Shown: in pieces, positions 48,201 to 58,576 of the stretch
Layout of the letters: each line of letters opens with the position of its first letter
How positions within the stretch are numbered: position 1 is the first letter of the stretch
Assembly (NCBI GenBank): GCA_963666285.1
Contig: OY762711.1
Length of the DNA: 64,000 nucleotides
Source: Sedimentisphaerales bacterium
GTDB taxonomy: Bacteria; Planctomycetota; Phycisphaerae; Sedimentisphaerales; SM23-30
Reading direction: 5' to 3' (one strand)
The notes under the pieces: generated by a model
Databases searched by the model: none
What the model was told of the DNA's origin: nothing
Seen by the model: the letters and a program-made list of their open reading frames with translations, nothing else
Made by a program: the position numbers and the translations under genes

Positions 48201-48402
48201 CAGGGCTGAAAGAACGACTTTCAGAGACGGCGACAGAATCGACAAACCCAAGCCGCTGGCGAGCAGTTTCAGCGAGAGAGTGCCGAACAGTGTCGCCAAT
48301 AATAAGAGCACCTGTTATGATTGCAACGCAGACTGAAACAGCCAGGGCGGTAGCAATATTAACACGTCGATGATAGCTGAGATTTCTGAAAAGGAGTTTC
48401 AT
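45211..48402 (-). CDS. FtsX/MacB-like ABC transporter permease (double permease domain)
   Basis: 1063 aa, several TM clusters; RNIEIASLKSIGY and RREYAILQALGF FtsX-type motifs. Confidence 0.8.
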   Translation of the reverse strand: MKLLFRNLSYHRRVNIATALAVSVCVAIITGALIIGDTVRHSLAETARQRLGFVDSVAVSESRSFSPEIPNRISGSRTAAVNLTTAAAINPESMVRANNIQMLGIDNSLATASGIDKFKDLGRNEAVINSQLASLLNAKPGSDLILRFANDNMIAELALYSGQDYNLMWRVTVKDIVSAEEFGNFSLKADQKLPANIFVPASQLAQKLESADTRNMLLIGDKKSTESLQQALTLSDLGYNINTDEYHTFIKSDNIFINKAVQAELLADNPELRPFTGYMVNDIVNQANNKSAAYCFTGTDTTGAIDDNSAIVSQWLADTISAKTGDRINIKFFLPAENNELKEDSITLTIKAIVPIDSLTPTEKLMPEIPGMTETDSCTEWESGVPIDTNKITDADEKYWDDYRMTPKLIISYSLAEKLFASRYGLATALFSDQPLNDTTQIKITDSLKQHAQPEIITLADQANFAVNNSLDFGGLFLSLSMFLIASALLLPAMLFAINIQNRNIEIASLKSIGYTHKKIKKLIFSESAIIAMLGGLPGIILGIAYAHLLNLGLADNFSGAIAGFKLSLFIKPETLLTGYLATAIVVIIAIYLKTKGLLKRTIRQAFNANIENVNTIKSKAYISKYLAIALLITAAAVPIIMNKDVMSFFTSGAILLVSGLLFFRYAISSICVISKKSTVTQLTIILNNLRRNISSSLTVAISIACGVFMVIAVGLNHHNPLKDADKPYGPTGGFDLAINCSVPISHLIKPAENQTFSALQFRVNSGDDASCLNLNRPGRPSVIAADLNKLIQYKPFSFASTIPDAPGDWSILKDDNPNDKIIPAVTDYNTIMWALHKKVGDLLEIKAQDGNSYQFRLVAGLQSSILQGKLIIDETAFKRLFPKVNGYDLILVKSDKPAKTLLESLSGQLEEYGPEIRPATDIIAELYRVENTYMSLFALLGGLGMVMGCIVLALTVVRNTQSQRREYAILQALGFTPEQIRSFIFVTWQIPATSGTFIAVITAAYAVWPKLITRLNSTSGKIDIIIYGGLTLFVFLAVTFACISLAARFAASSNITQTLRNK

Positions 48403-48440
48403 TGCAACATGTTTTAAGGGGTTGTCTATGATAACCTATA

Positions 48441-48890
48441 TTAAATAACTCTTTGCATGGCAATTTCGTCGCATTGGTCCTGCTTGGGGCATGCGACGCA
48501 TTCGGACCATACTTTCATTGGAAGCTGTTCTTTTTCGATAATTTCAAAGCCCATTTTCAGGAAGAAGTCTGGTTCCAGGGTAAGCGAAAATATCGTCTTG
48601 AGACCAAGCTGCTGTCCGTCCAGGATAAGAGCTTCGATCATCTGGCGGCCAATACCTTTACCGTGTGAGTCTTCGGCAACGGCAAGGGATTTAACCTCGG
48701 CAAGATCTTTCCACATTACCGCCAGGGCGCAACAGCCTTTGACCAGTCCGTTATCTTCGTAAACGACAAAATCTCGAATGTGTTCGTACAGGTTGGTCTG
48801 CGATCTGAACAGCATACGCTCGCGCTCGGCAAAATGGTTTATAAGTGCGTGTATCTGGGGTACGTCTGATATTTTTGCTTTTCTAATCAT
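48441..48890 (-). CDS. Short GNAT N-acetyltransferase (ArgA-like amino-acid N-acetyltransferase)
   Basis: LYEHIRDF, LAEVKSLAV, LPMKVWSECVACPK..CDEIAM. Confidence 0.8.
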   Translation of the reverse strand: MIRKAKISDVPQIHALINHFAERERMLFRSQTNLYEHIRDFVVYEDNGLVKGCCALAVMWKDLAEVKSLAVAEDSHGKGIGRQMIEALILDGQQLGLKTIFSLTLEPDFFLKMGFEIIEKEQLPMKVWSECVACPKQDQCDEIAMQRVI

Positions 48891-48922
48891 ATGTCAAATA
48901 AATATAATAAAATGATTCAGGA

Positions 48923-49861
48923 TCAGGTGAAAATATGGCCGGGTTTAATTCTTCTGCCGTTGGCAAAGGATTTGAAGGCCATAAGTTTACCGTTATCCGG
49001 TTTAACTTCTAAAATTTTGATAAGTTTACCATCTCCACAGGCAATATTAAGGCTGTGGTCGAGCTGGCCGGGCTGCAGTTTCAGGTCAGGTTCGGAATCA
49101 ATTAATTCGCATCGGCACGCGCTAACTCTCAGTTCATTGTTGTTTTCCAATAATGCATGGAAATAAGCACCAGGCCAGGGCCACATACCAAGAATCTGTC
49201 CATTAATTTCTTTTGCGGTTTTGTTCCAGTCTATATGTCCATCTGTTTTTTTTAGTTTAGGTGCCTTGCAGGCAACAGATTCATCTTGAGGTTTGGGATT
49301 GTATATACCAGCTTCAAATTCACCGAGTACTTCAGCAATAAGTGCCGGTCCCATAGCTGCAAGCCGGTCGTGCAGTTCTCCTGCCGTTTCGGCTTTGTTA
49401 ATTTTGGTTTTTTCCTGGGCGATAATAGCTCCACCGTCCCAGACTTCGTTTAGTTCTATAACGGTAACGCCGGTTTCGGCCTCACCTTTGATTATAGCCC
49501 AGTTAATTGGAGCAGCACCACGATATTTTGGTAAAAGAGAACTGTGCAGGTTGACAATTCTGCATGGCAGTTCGAGATACTTTTTACCCAGCCATTGGCC
49601 AAAAGCGATGACGACTATAACTTCCGGATTTAGTTCTTTGACGTTTTGCACAATTTTGTCATCGTTAATCTGCTCAGCTTCAATGTATTGTATGCCCAGA
49701 TTTTTACAGGTTTGGGCAACGGGTGTAAGGCGTGGTTCCCGACCTCTACCGGCCGGTCTGGCAGGTTGTGTGTATGCCTGTATGATCTCATGGTGGGAGC
49801 TTTGCAGCCATCTTAGAGTATCACAACCAAATTCACCACCACCCATGTAAATAATACGCAT
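48923..49861 (-). CDS. fmt: Methionyl-tRNA formyltransferase
   Basis: YTQPARPAGRG, NLHSSLLPKYRGAAPINWAI, WPWPGA; start MRIIY after AAAGGA. Confidence 0.93.
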   Translation of the reverse strand: MRIIYMGGGEFGCDTLRWLQSSHHEIIQAYTQPARPAGRGREPRLTPVAQTCKNLGIQYIEAEQINDDKIVQNVKELNPEVIVVIAFGQWLGKKYLELPCRIVNLHSSLLPKYRGAAPINWAIIKGEAETGVTVIELNEVWDGGAIIAQEKTKINKAETAGELHDRLAAMGPALIAEVLGEFEAGIYNPKPQDESVACKAPKLKKTDGHIDWNKTAKEINGQILGMWPWPGAYFHALLENNNELRVSACRCELIDSEPDLKLQPGQLDHSLNIACGDGKLIKILEVKPDNGKLMAFKSFANGRRIKPGHIFT

Positions 49862-50258
49862 TCTAGTTCCTTTCACTATTAGTTATTGTCTAACAATAGT
49901 TTATGTGTTGTCTGGTTTTTTGTCCAGTCAAAGGCTATATTATATTGTTAAAAAAATGAACTTACAAGTTGATAATAGACGATAATATTTACCCATGAAT
50001 AACTTAAATGAAGTCATGCAGAGTGATTTTTTGAAAGGATGTACTCATATCGCGTCTGAAAGATCAGGATTTCTGTTATATCTATATTGAAATATCGGCA
50101 AATAACGGGCTTACAGATGATTTTGAGTTGATTTTGTCTTGCAATTGGGCCTACTAAAGTTTAGTATTTTACTTTTAGCATGTTCCCAGCAGGAATATAT
50201 AATAAGTATTTCAGGCTATGATTAAAGCCGGATTATTATTTTTAAGGAGATAAAGCAA

Positions 50259-51482
50259 TTGGCAAAGAAACCTACAGTAAAGAAAGCCGTAAAGAAGGCA
50301 GTAAAAGAAGATAAGTCAAGTCGTTACCTGTTTACCAGTGAATCAGTGAGTATGGGGCATCCGGATAAGGTTGCCGACCAGGTATCGGATGCAGTACTTG
50401 ATGCGATGCTGGCCCAGGACCCTGAAAGCCGGGTAGCTTGTGAAACAATGGTAACAACCGGTCTTTGTGTTGTTGCAGGTGAAGTAACAACAAAAGCAGA
50501 TGTTGATATCCAGGCGGTAGTTCGTAATACGCTTTGTGATATAGGCTATACAAATACAGATTATGGTATGGACGGAAATACTTGTGCGGTTTTGATTACA
50601 CTGGACGAGCAGAGCCCGGATATAAGCCAGGGTGTAACAGAAGGTAAGGGCCTGTTCAAAGAGCAGGGAGCCGGAGACCAGGGTTTGATGTTTGGCTATG
50701 CCTGTAAAGAGACATCAGTTCTTATGCCTCTTCCAATTCACCTGGCCCACAGGCTGAGCGAGCGAATGGCAAAGCTGCGTAAGAGCAAAAAACTGGCATG
50801 GATGAGACCTGACAGTAAGACCCAGGTAACGGTCGAGTATGAAGGTTTGAAGCCTGTTCGTATCGATACAGTGGTAATTTCATCTCAGCATTGTCCAACA
50901 GTACCTTATAAGAAGCTGCGTAAAGAGATAATTGATAATGTTATCATGCCGATTCTGCCAAAGAAGATGGTCGATAAGAATCTGAAGATTTTTGTAAATC
51001 CAACCGGTAAATTTGTTGTTGGCGGTCCTCATGGCGATTGTGGTTTGACCGGTCGTAAGATCATTGTTGACACATATGGCGGTTGGGGTCGTCATGGCGG
51101 CGGTGCATTTTCAGGTAAGGATCCATCAAAGGTAGACCGTTCCGCAGCTTATATGGCACGTTATGTTGCCAAGAATATTGTAGCTGCCGGTCTGGCAGAT
51201 AACTGTGAAGTGCAGCTTGCTTATGCGATTGGTGTAGCGAAGCCTGTTTCAATTGAAGTTAACACATTTGGCACAGGTAAAGTAAGTGACAGTGAGATAA
51301 CCAGGGTAGTTGAAGAAGTATTTCCACTGACACCTTCCGGAATTATCAAGCATCTGAAGCTTAAGCGTCCAATATATCGTGAAACAGCAGCTCATGGCCA
51401 TTTTGGTCGAACCGGAGAAGGTTTTACCTGGGAGTTGACTGACATGGTAGATAAGATACAGAAAGCGTTGAAAAACAGCTAA
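50259..51482 (+). CDS. metK: S-adenosylmethionine synthase
   Basis: [53 protein letters not shown] start after AAGGAG. Confidence 0.97.
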   Translation: MAKKPTVKKAVKKAVKEDKSSRYLFTSESVSMGHPDKVADQVSDAVLDAMLAQDPESRVACETMVTTGLCVVAGEVTTKADVDIQAVVRNTLCDIGYTNTDYGMDGNTCAVLITLDEQSPDISQGVTEGKGLFKEQGAGDQGLMFGYACKETSVLMPLPIHLAHRLSERMAKLRKSKKLAWMRPDSKTQVTVEYEGLKPVRIDTVVISSQHCPTVPYKKLRKEIIDNVIMPILPKKMVDKNLKIFVNPTGKFVVGGPHGDCGLTGRKIIVDTYGGWGRHGGGAFSGKDPSKVDRSAAYMARYVAKNIVAAGLADNCEVQLAYAIGVAKPVSIEVNTFGTGKVSDSEITRVVEEVFPLTPSGIIKHLKLKRPIYRETAAHGHFGRTGEGFTWELTDMVDKIQKALKNS

Positions 51483-51528
51483 TAAAAGAGTTCTGATTCT
51501 TTTGTTATATATAGATTAAAATGTTTAT

Positions 51529-51558
51529 GAGGGATGTCGGGAACGATATCCCTCTTTT
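51529..51558 (+). terminator. Intrinsic terminator after metK
   Basis: GAGGGATGTCG-GGAA-CGATATCCCTC-TTTT. Confidence 0.7.
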
Positions 51559-51639
51559 CAAATATCGAGAAGTAATAAGAGAAAATTAGTAAAAGAATTG
51601 CTGTAAAAGCTATATGGCAGTATAGCAGGAGTGTTATTG

Positions 51640-52071
51640 ATGGATTTAATTGAATGGAATGAAGATTTAATTTTAGGTGTTTCAGAGATAGACAAAGAGC
51701 ATCAGCTGTTAGTGGACCGGGTGAATGAGATCATACGGCATGCTAATGATAAACGCCTGGACTATGTCGCAGATGAAGCTGTGTCAGATTTGGTGTATGC
51801 AACCCGCCGTCATTTTGAGAATGAAGAGGAAATGATGGAGGATGTTGACTATCCGGACCGAGAGATACATATGGCAGTTCACAAGAAGCTTATGGTAGAT
51901 TTGACCGATAAGGCTGATATCTTAAGCCTGGAGACGAATCACGACTCGATTCAGACAGTTGATTTTTTCAAGGATTGGCTAATCAATCATATAAAGAAAG
52001 ATGATACCGAACTGGCAGGTTTTATTAAGGATTCAGAGGGTCAAAAGACAATTGACCTGGATCCCAGTTAA
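51640..52071 (+). CDS. Bacteriohemerythrin
   Basis: W...GVSEIDKEH, HFENEE, YP...HMAVH, WLINHIKKDD iron-ligand pattern. Confidence 0.88.
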   Translation: MDLIEWNEDLILGVSEIDKEHQLLVDRVNEIIRHANDKRLDYVADEAVSDLVYATRRHFENEEEMMEDVDYPDREIHMAVHKKLMVDLTDKADILSLETNHDSIQTVDFFKDWLINHIKKDDTELAGFIKDSEGQKTIDLDPS

Positions 52072-52110
52072 GTTCGTAATGAATTGAAATTAACACTGCT
52101 TAGGAAGATG

Positions 52111-52150
52111 AAAAAAGGGCCGGCAGCTCATCTGAGTTGTCGGCCCTGTT
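52111..52150. terminator. Terminator between convergent hemerythrin and fab genes
   Basis: A6-GGGCCGGCAGCTCA-TC-TGAGTTGTCGGCCC. Confidence 0.75.
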
Positions 52151-52170
52151 GATTTTGAGGGGGAATAAAA

Positions 52171-52659
52171 TCAGCTGAAATTATCCATTGTGCCTTCCGG
52201 CAGGTAGAATCTGAGCAGGCCCATAAACTGGTCATTAAAGACGAAGTTTTCTTCCGGGAATTCCATACCGGCAATATTGTTATCGATATGACTGAACATC
52301 ATTTTGATATCAGCGATAGTGTTTTCACCGCATTTGATTGTGCCTGTAATACTGGCAGCTTCATCTGCGATGTTGTCGATAACAACTTCCAGGGTAAGCT
52401 GGTCGCCCGGACGAACAATATCGTGGAAGGTTGCCTTGTTGATTTTGGCAAGGATAACCTTTTCCTTAAACTTTCGCTCGTATCCGACAAGAATTCCTCC
52501 GGTTTGTGCCATCGCTTCGATCATTAGAGAAGTAGGCATAATAGGAAAGCCTGGAAAATGATCGTGCAGATGTTCTTCGGCCAAAGTGACGTTCTTTATT
52601 GATACGGCACGTTTGCCCGGTTCAAACTCGGTAAATTTGTCTATCCAGATCCAACGCAT
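52171..52659 (-). CDS. FabZ-family 3-hydroxyacyl-ACP dehydratase-like protein
   Basis: KNVTLAEEHLHDHFPGFPIMPTSLMIEAMAQ, VRPGD. Confidence 0.85.
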   Translation of the reverse strand: MRWIWIDKFTEFEPGKRAVSIKNVTLAEEHLHDHFPGFPIMPTSLMIEAMAQTGGILVGYERKFKEKVILAKINKATFHDIVRPGDQLTLEVVIDNIADEAASITGTIKCGENTIADIKMMFSHIDNNIAGMEFPEENFVFNDQFMGLLRFYLPEGTMDNFS

Positions 52660-52708
52660 TATAAATCAACTTATGGTTTCTGTTAGCAATATATCTGCTA
52701 ACTGATAT

Positions 52709-53095
52709 TTAGTTAACTTTACCTTCAACGAAGTTGATAATAGATGCAACAGTGAACAAGTCGCTCATTTTGTTAACATCCGGATCACTTTCGAAATCGC
52801 CCAGGTCAAGGTGAGGCATAGCACTTTTCAGTTTGTCAATACCGGCATCAGTAAGCTTGCCATCGGCAACAAATTCTTCGTTACTTGCCAGCTCGGCAGG
52901 AAATAGTTCTTCACGAGGAACTTTGATATCAAAAGCTTTTTCCAGGTTAAAGACGATTTCCAGGAAATCGATACTTTCAGCACCAAGGTCACCCATAAGA
53001 GTTGCTTCTTCTGTTACTTCGTCATCATCAACTCCCAGAGCGTCAACCAGGATTTCCTGAACTTTTTCTGCTATTTCTTCGCGGGTCATTGCCAT
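52709..53095 (-). CDS. Acyl carrier protein with internal insertion (128 aa)
   Basis: DLGAESIDFLEI (phosphopantetheine Ser); ~45-aa insertion before FTVASII. Confidence 0.88.
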   Translation of the reverse strand: MAMTREEIAEKVQEILVDALGVDDDEVTEEATLMGDLGAESIDFLEIVFNLEKAFDIKVPREELFPAELASNEEFVADGKLTDAGIDKLKSAMPHLDLGDFESDPDVNKMSDLFTVASIINFVEGKVN

Positions 53096-53139
53096 TTTAG
53101 TTTGAACCTCCGTTCAATATGGTATTATTCAAGTTAAAA

Positions 53140-53607
53140 TTATATTTGCATGAGCTGAAAACGTTTTTTTAGCTCAGTTTTAAGTTTTTGATCAATATCT
53201 GCCAGGCTGGAATCTTTATCTGCCAGGTTAAAATGCCTTAACTGAAGCCTGGCTTCAACCATGGACTTTCCGTCGCAGGTTCCTTCTGCTTTGAAAGAAC
53301 TTGTCTCAGAGTCGATGTTTTTGGCTTCGATAGATATCTTCAGGGTATTTCCCGGTTTGACAAAACTTTTATATTTTGCATTTTTTACTTCTGCAAGTGT
53401 TACCATGCTATGTGAGAAATCATTTGTAGCATGTACCAGCATAGCAGCAGCCTGAGTAAGCGCTTCGATCATCAAAACGCCAGGCAGTACCGGGAAATCG
53501 GGAAAGTGGTCGGCAAGGTATTCCTCGGCCAGTGAAACGGATTTAACCGCTTTCAGGCTGGAGCCGAGATTTAGCTCAGTTATCTTGTCAATCAGGACAA
53601 ATTTCAT
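53140..53607 (-). CDS. FabZ-family 3-hydroxyacyl-ACP dehydratase-like protein
   Basis: EEYLADHFPDFPVLPGVLMIEALTQ, FVKPG. Confidence 0.85.
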   Translation of the reverse strand: MKFVLIDKITELNLGSSLKAVKSVSLAEEYLADHFPDFPVLPGVLMIEALTQAAAMLVHATNDFSHSMVTLAEVKNAKYKSFVKPGNTLKISIEAKNIDSETSSFKAEGTCDGKSMVEARLQLRHFNLADKDSSLADIDQKLKTELKKRFQLMQI

Positions 53608-53878
53608 CTAAAAGATTTATCAATAAGTTCTTAGTTGTTGTTATATATAATTTTGTGTCTCCTGGCCGGGGTGGTCGGACATGTGTCAAACCTAATAGTT
53701 GCCAGAACTATGAAATTATATGTTTTTCGAGTCCTTTGTCAAGGGAGTAACTGGTTGTATGAGTTGGCAATTGAGTTATATCTTTCAGTATTCAAAATGA
53801 AGGACGTCAATATGATATATATAATGTCGGTTATTCTATTATTATCTATAAGTATTTATCTTATAAGAGGTAATCGTA

Positions 53879-54796
53879 TTATTTCGTTGTTGGTTTTGAT
53901 GACATTTCAGCAGCTTTTACAGCCATATCAAGGGAGTAAATAGATGTTCGGGCAGTAATATATAGAGTCTTTTTCTCTTTTCCACCGAAGGTAACGTTTG
54001 AAGGTCTTTCCGGCACAGATATTTTCTCGATTAGTATGCCGGTGGGATCGTATATTTCTACAGAGTCGGTAGTAATATAAATATTACCGTTCTGATCGAT
54101 AGTCATGCCGTCAGAACCTTTTTCGACTAGAAGTTTCTTTTCGATCAGGCATCCGTCTGGCTCAATTTTATATGAAAAAGTCTGGTTGGCTCCATGATCA
54201 GCAACATACAAGGTGTTACCGTTGGGAGTGCCAATAATTCCATTTGGACGTACCATGTCGCTGATGACTCTAAGTGCAGATTTACTTCTAGGAGGCAGAT
54301 AATATACATGTTCGCCATCCTGAGGGAGGTCCTTTCTATCACCATACCTGGGGTCAGTAAAATAAATACCACCGTTAGGGTCTATCCAAAGATCGTTTGG
54401 ACTGTTAAATGAGCAGCCTTCAAACTGGGAAGCTAATAATGTGATCTTTTTATCCTTATCTATAGAAACAAGTTTGCCAATACTGCCGCAGCAGGCAATC
54501 AAGTTGCCTTCAATATCGAATGCCAGGCCGTTTGCACCGCTTGAGTTATCAATAAAAGTAGAAAGTTTCTCTTCGGTTGACCATATGTGTATACGATTGT
54601 TAGGAATGTCGGTGAAATATATATTACCGGAACTATCGGAAGCCGGTCCTTCGGTGAATATGAAGTTCCCGGCAAGTTTCTTAATCTTGGCGTCGGGTGA
54701 TACAAGTTGAGGTTTTGCCGGTTTATCTTGAGCAAATACATTAGTGAATAATAGCGTAAGTGAAATAATCGATGCAAAAACAATATGAGTTTTCAT
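53879..54796 (-). CDS. SMP-30/gluconolactonase family secreted protein
   Basis: FTEGPA, ANGLA, NSPNDL, YFTDPRYG, RPNGI, SDGMT, SNVTFGG. Confidence 0.88.
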   Translation of the reverse strand: MKTHIVFASIISLTLLFTNVFAQDKPAKPQLVSPDAKIKKLAGNFIFTEGPASDSSGNIYFTDIPNNRIHIWSTEEKLSTFIDNSSGANGLAFDIEGNLIACCGSIGKLVSIDKDKKITLLASQFEGCSFNSPNDLWIDPNGGIYFTDPRYGDRKDLPQDGEHVYYLPPRSKSALRVISDMVRPNGIIGTPNGNTLYVADHGANQTFSYKIEPDGCLIEKKLLVEKGSDGMTIDQNGNIYITTDSVEIYDPTGILIEKISVPERPSNVTFGGKEKKTLYITARTSIYSLDMAVKAAEMSSKPTTK

Positions 54797-54946
54797 TTCA
54801 GACCTCTTTCAAAATAATGATTTCTATTTTTTTAATATAGATAACATATATTATTATATACATAAAAAGTGAAATACACCACATAGAGAATAAAAACAAG
54901 TTGGTTTTACGGCATTCAGAGATTATAATCAACTCAGAAAGGACTT

Positions 54947-56605
54947 ATGGGTATGATCTACAACAAAGCCAAAATCCATTTCATGTTATTATTTATTTTA
55001 TCTATTTTGCCAGCGAGAGTATGTGTTGGTTCAGATTCTATTATTCGATTCAATTCTCTTGGTTTTTTGCCAGATATGCCGAAGAGAGTTTCTATTATAT
55101 CCGAGTGCGAGGTTTTTCATGTAAAGGATGCTGTTACAGATGTAACAGTTTATTCTGGGACGGTGCGGGGGCCGGTTCACCAGGAAGATGTTGGCCAGGA
55201 TATCTGGCAGGCCGATTTTTCCGATTTTATGGAAACAGGCGAATATTATCTGGAGTTTGAACGGGTAGGGAAATCTATAAAATTTCGTATAGCAGATGAT
55301 GTATATAACCAGGCATATTATACCGCAATGCGTGGTTTTTATTTATGGCGATGTGGTACAGCGGTGGAGGGAAAACATAATGGTGAAATATTTTCACATA
55401 AGTTATGTCATTTGACCGATGGCCGGTTGGACTATATTGGAGGGGTAGGGACGCGACGAGATGGAGCCGGTGGTTGGCATGATGCCGGTGATTATGGCAA
55501 ATATACAGTAAACGCCGGAGTAACAATGGGTGTATTGTTCCTGGCGTGGGAGCAGTATCAATCTGTTTTAAAAGGGATATCACTTGATATTCCGGATACG
55601 GCGAAGGGTTATCCTGACTATCTGAAAGAATTGAAGTGGGAGACAGACTGGCTGCTGAAAATGCAGTATCCGGACGGTTCAGGGAGAGTCTCGCATAAAT
55701 TGACCAGACTGGGATTTTCCGGTTTTGTTATGCCAGAGGAAGATAAGGAGAAACGTTATTTTACCGATTGGAGTACGGCGGCGACAGCCGATTTTGTTGC
55801 GGTAATGGCAACAGCAGCTCGAATATTTAAGCCTTACGATGAGGAATATTCCAAAATCTGCCTGAAAGCAGCAATTGAAAGTTACGCTTGTCTGAAAATG
55901 TATCCTGAAAACAGGCCGGCAAATTTGAAAGGTTTTTCTACTGGCGGTTACGGAACTCGTGACAATGACGATAGACTCTGGGCGGCAGCGGCTATATGGG
56001 AGACGACAGGCAGTTCCGAATATCAATCGGATTTTGAGGATGCTGCCCGTCAGTCACGCAGAAAAATAGAAGCAGTATGGGATTGGGGTAATGTCGGAAA
56101 TCTGGGAATGATAACATATCTGTTTTCAAAACGTCCAGATAGAGATCCAGAGTTGCTGGAAGTTCTTCACAGGTCATTGATTTATACTGCTGATCTGATT
56201 GTGGAAACAGCGGAGAAGGATGTCTATAATAGGCCTTTAGGCGGTCGTTATTACTGGGGATGCAATGGGACAGTAGCCCGTCAGACAGTAATTTTAATGG
56301 CTGCATATCAGTTTGAGCAGGATATAAAATACAAAAATGCCTCGCTGGCCGTGGTTGATCATTTATTTGGCCGCAACTATTACGGCCGGTCATTTGTAAC
56401 GGGTATAGGCCACAACCCACCAATGAATCCGCACGATCGACGGAGCGGGGCGGATAGCATCATAAATCCATGGCCGGGATACCTGACAGGTGGCGGACAT
56501 ACCGCAACGGACTGGCAGGATATCCAGGATGATTACAGAACTAATGAAATAGCGATTAACTGGCAGGCAGCACTGGTTTATTCACTGGCGGCGGCAATTT
56601 CATAG
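54947..56605 (+). CDS. GH9 endoglucanase with N-terminal Ig-like domain
   Basis: GGWHDAGDYGKY, PHDRRS, YRTNEIAINW; signal peptide. Confidence 0.9.
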   Translation: MGMIYNKAKIHFMLLFILSILPARVCVGSDSIIRFNSLGFLPDMPKRVSIISECEVFHVKDAVTDVTVYSGTVRGPVHQEDVGQDIWQADFSDFMETGEYYLEFERVGKSIKFRIADDVYNQAYYTAMRGFYLWRCGTAVEGKHNGEIFSHKLCHLTDGRLDYIGGVGTRRDGAGGWHDAGDYGKYTVNAGVTMGVLFLAWEQYQSVLKGISLDIPDTAKGYPDYLKELKWETDWLLKMQYPDGSGRVSHKLTRLGFSGFVMPEEDKEKRYFTDWSTAATADFVAVMATAARIFKPYDEEYSKICLKAAIESYACLKMYPENRPANLKGFSTGGYGTRDNDDRLWAAAAIWETTGSSEYQSDFEDAARQSRRKIEAVWDWGNVGNLGMITYLFSKRPDRDPELLEVLHRSLIYTADLIVETAEKDVYNRPLGGRYYWGCNGTVARQTVILMAAYQFEQDIKYKNASLAVVDHLFGRNYYGRSFVTGIGHNPPMNPHDRRSGADSIINPWPGYLTGGGHTATDWQDIQDDYRTNEIAINWQAALVYSLAAAIS

Positions 56606-56637
56606 TAAAGAGAATACGCAACTAAAGATTTACTTAT

Positions 56638-56677
56638 AAAAAAAGCCAGGCAAGAGGAGGTAACCTGCCCGGCTTGT
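56638..56677 (-). terminator. Terminator between convergent GH9 and GH3 genes
   Basis: A-run + GCCAGGCA...TGCCCGGC stem. Confidence 0.55.
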
Positions 56678-56734
56678 ATATTAAACCTATGCTTGCCCTA
56701 TTATTGTTTGCATAGTTTGCTGTTCATATGTGTG

Positions 56735-58576
56735 TTAATATGATAAACCGTAGCCATATGGGAATAGCGGATCGTAATCTTTGTCGCCGATATTTATTGG
56801 AAGTTGGGAAGTAGATTTAGGCCAGGTAAAGGAAAGTTTACCTTTGGGCTTACAATCACCAAACAGTACATCAGCGATACCATCGCCTTCGGTGCCTGGC
56901 AGCCAAGCAGCGACAAAAGCATCGGCATCGTTTATTGTTGATTCGACAATCATCGGTCTGCCGGAGTATAGAATTACAACGACTGGAATACCGGCTTTTT
57001 TCATATTTGCTACAGTCTGAATATCTTCTTTATCCAGGGTTAGTGTTTTGCTGTCGCCGTTACCCTCGGCATAAGGCTTTTCACCAATAACTACGATAGC
57101 AACATCAGCACCTTCGGCACCGGTTCCGTTTTCCTGGTAGGTTACTTTTGTGTCGCTGGAGACAGCATTTTTTACTGCCTGGAGGAAAGTGGTTCCTTTG
57201 GTAATTGGCCCGGCCTTACCTTGCCATTCGATAGTCCATCCGCCGCATTGGATACCGATGTCATTTGCTGCTTTGCCGCCGATATGTATTCTTTTTAATG
57301 ATTTCGAAAGAGGGAGCGTGTCATTGTCATTTTTTAGTAATACCAGTGACTCTCTAACAGCCTGGCGGGCAACCTTGCGATGTGCGTCAGAGCCAATTTC
57401 TTTTTGCAGTTTCAGGTCGGCTTTGTAATTATAATAGCTATCCATCATACCCATGGCAAATTTTACTCGCAGAATGCGGGTAACTGCATCATCAATACGA
57501 GACATTGGCACGGTACCTTCCTGGACCAGCTCCTTTAGGTATTTGAAGAACTGGCGGTAGTTGGTCGGCTCCATAGCCATATCCATGCCGGCATTAACGG
57601 AAATACCGATAGCCTTTTTGAAATCGGGATCAATCTGGCCGATAGCGTTATAATCTGAAATCAGAAAACCTTCAAAGCCAATCTCTTTTTTAAGTACATC
57701 GGTAAGCAGATATTTGTTTGCGGAAGATTTTAGACCGTTCCAGCTGCTGTATGAAGGCATAATCGAGCCAACGCCGTTTTTGACTGAAGCTGGATAGGGA
57801 TACAGGTGAATTCTCCTGAGTGTGGCTTCATCAACGCGGGTGTCGCCCTGGTCCCATCCTGCTTTTGAAGTATTTGGCGAGGTGCCGCCGTCTGCAACGT
57901 AGTGTTTGGAACAAGCCAGAACAGAATATGGATTATCGAGACTGTCACCCTGGAAACCTTTTACAGCAGCTGCACCTAGTTTGGAGACCAGTATCGGGTC
58001 TTCGGAAAAGCCTTCATAGGTTCTGCCCCAGCGTTCATCCTGTGGGACTGTAATGCAAGGTGCGAAAGTCCACTGTATGCCGGTACCTCGCATTTCTTTA
58101 GCTGTAATTTGAGCGGCTTCTTCAACGAGTTTAGCGTTTCGAGTACAACCCAGGCCAACATTGTGGGGGAATATTGTCGCTCCGACAATATTACTATGGC
58201 CATGTACGGCATCTATCCCATAGAGAAGCGGTATTTGCAGGCGGGTTTTCTTTGTTCGGCTCTGCAGGCTCTCATACAGTTCTGTCCAGTTAGTCGGGCT
58301 GTTTCCGGCTTTCGGGTCAGAGCTGCCGCCGCTCAAGATCGAACCAAGGTGGTAGTTTTCAATATCAGACAAATCCTTCAGGCCGGTATTTTCAGCCTGG
58401 ATCATCTGTCCGATTTTCTCATCGAGAGTCATTTGTGCGACAAGTTCTTTGGCCTGCCGGTCATATTTAAGCAATTCAGCCGTTTTATTGCCGATTAGCT
58501 GTTGGCATGATGTCAGGAACAGGCAGGAAGTGATAATAATAGAAAAACTAATTCTTTTTAGATAGCTTACATTCAT
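56735..58576 (-). CDS. GH3 beta-glucosidase, probable lipoprotein
   Basis: LFLTS|C lipobox; [47 protein letters not shown]. Confidence 0.92.
   Translation of the reverse strand: MNVSYLKRISFSIIITSCLFLTSCQQLIGNKTAELLKYDRQAKELVAQMTLDEKIGQMIQAENTGLKDLSDIENYHLGSILSGGSSDPKAGNSPTNWTELYESLQSRTKKTRLQIPLLYGIDAVHGHSNIVGATIFPHNVGLGCTRNAKLVEEAAQITAKEMRGTGIQWTFAPCITVPQDERWGRTYEGFSEDPILVSKLGAAAVKGFQGDSLDNPYSVLACSKHYVADGGTSPNTSKAGWDQGDTRVDEATLRRIHLYPYPASVKNGVGSIMPSYSSWNGLKSSANKYLLTDVLKKEIGFEGFLISDYNAIGQIDPDFKKAIGISVNAGMDMAMEPTNYRQFFKYLKELVQEGTVPMSRIDDAVTRILRVKFAMGMMDSYYNYKADLKLQKEIGSDAHRKVARQAVRESLVLLKNDNDTLPLSKSLKRIHIGGKAANDIGIQCGGWTIEWQGKAGPITKGTTFLQAVKNAVSSDTKVTYQENGTGAEGADVAIVVIGEKPYAEGNGDSKTLTLDKEDIQTVANMKKAGIPVVVILYSGRPMIVESTINDADAFVAAWLPGTEGDGIADVLFGDCKPKGKLSFTWPKSTSQLPINIGDKDYDPLFPYGYGLSY

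Noticed and set aside
49880..50258. SAM riboswitch upstream of metK
   Set aside because: I could not find the SAM-I core motifs or a leader terminator; only a plausible TTGCAA-17-TAGTAT promoter at 50139-50167.
53635..53943. 102-aa plus-strand ORF and the many short antisense ORFs inside long genes
   Set aside because: They are shadow or AT-rich intergenic frames without RBS or recognisable motifs.
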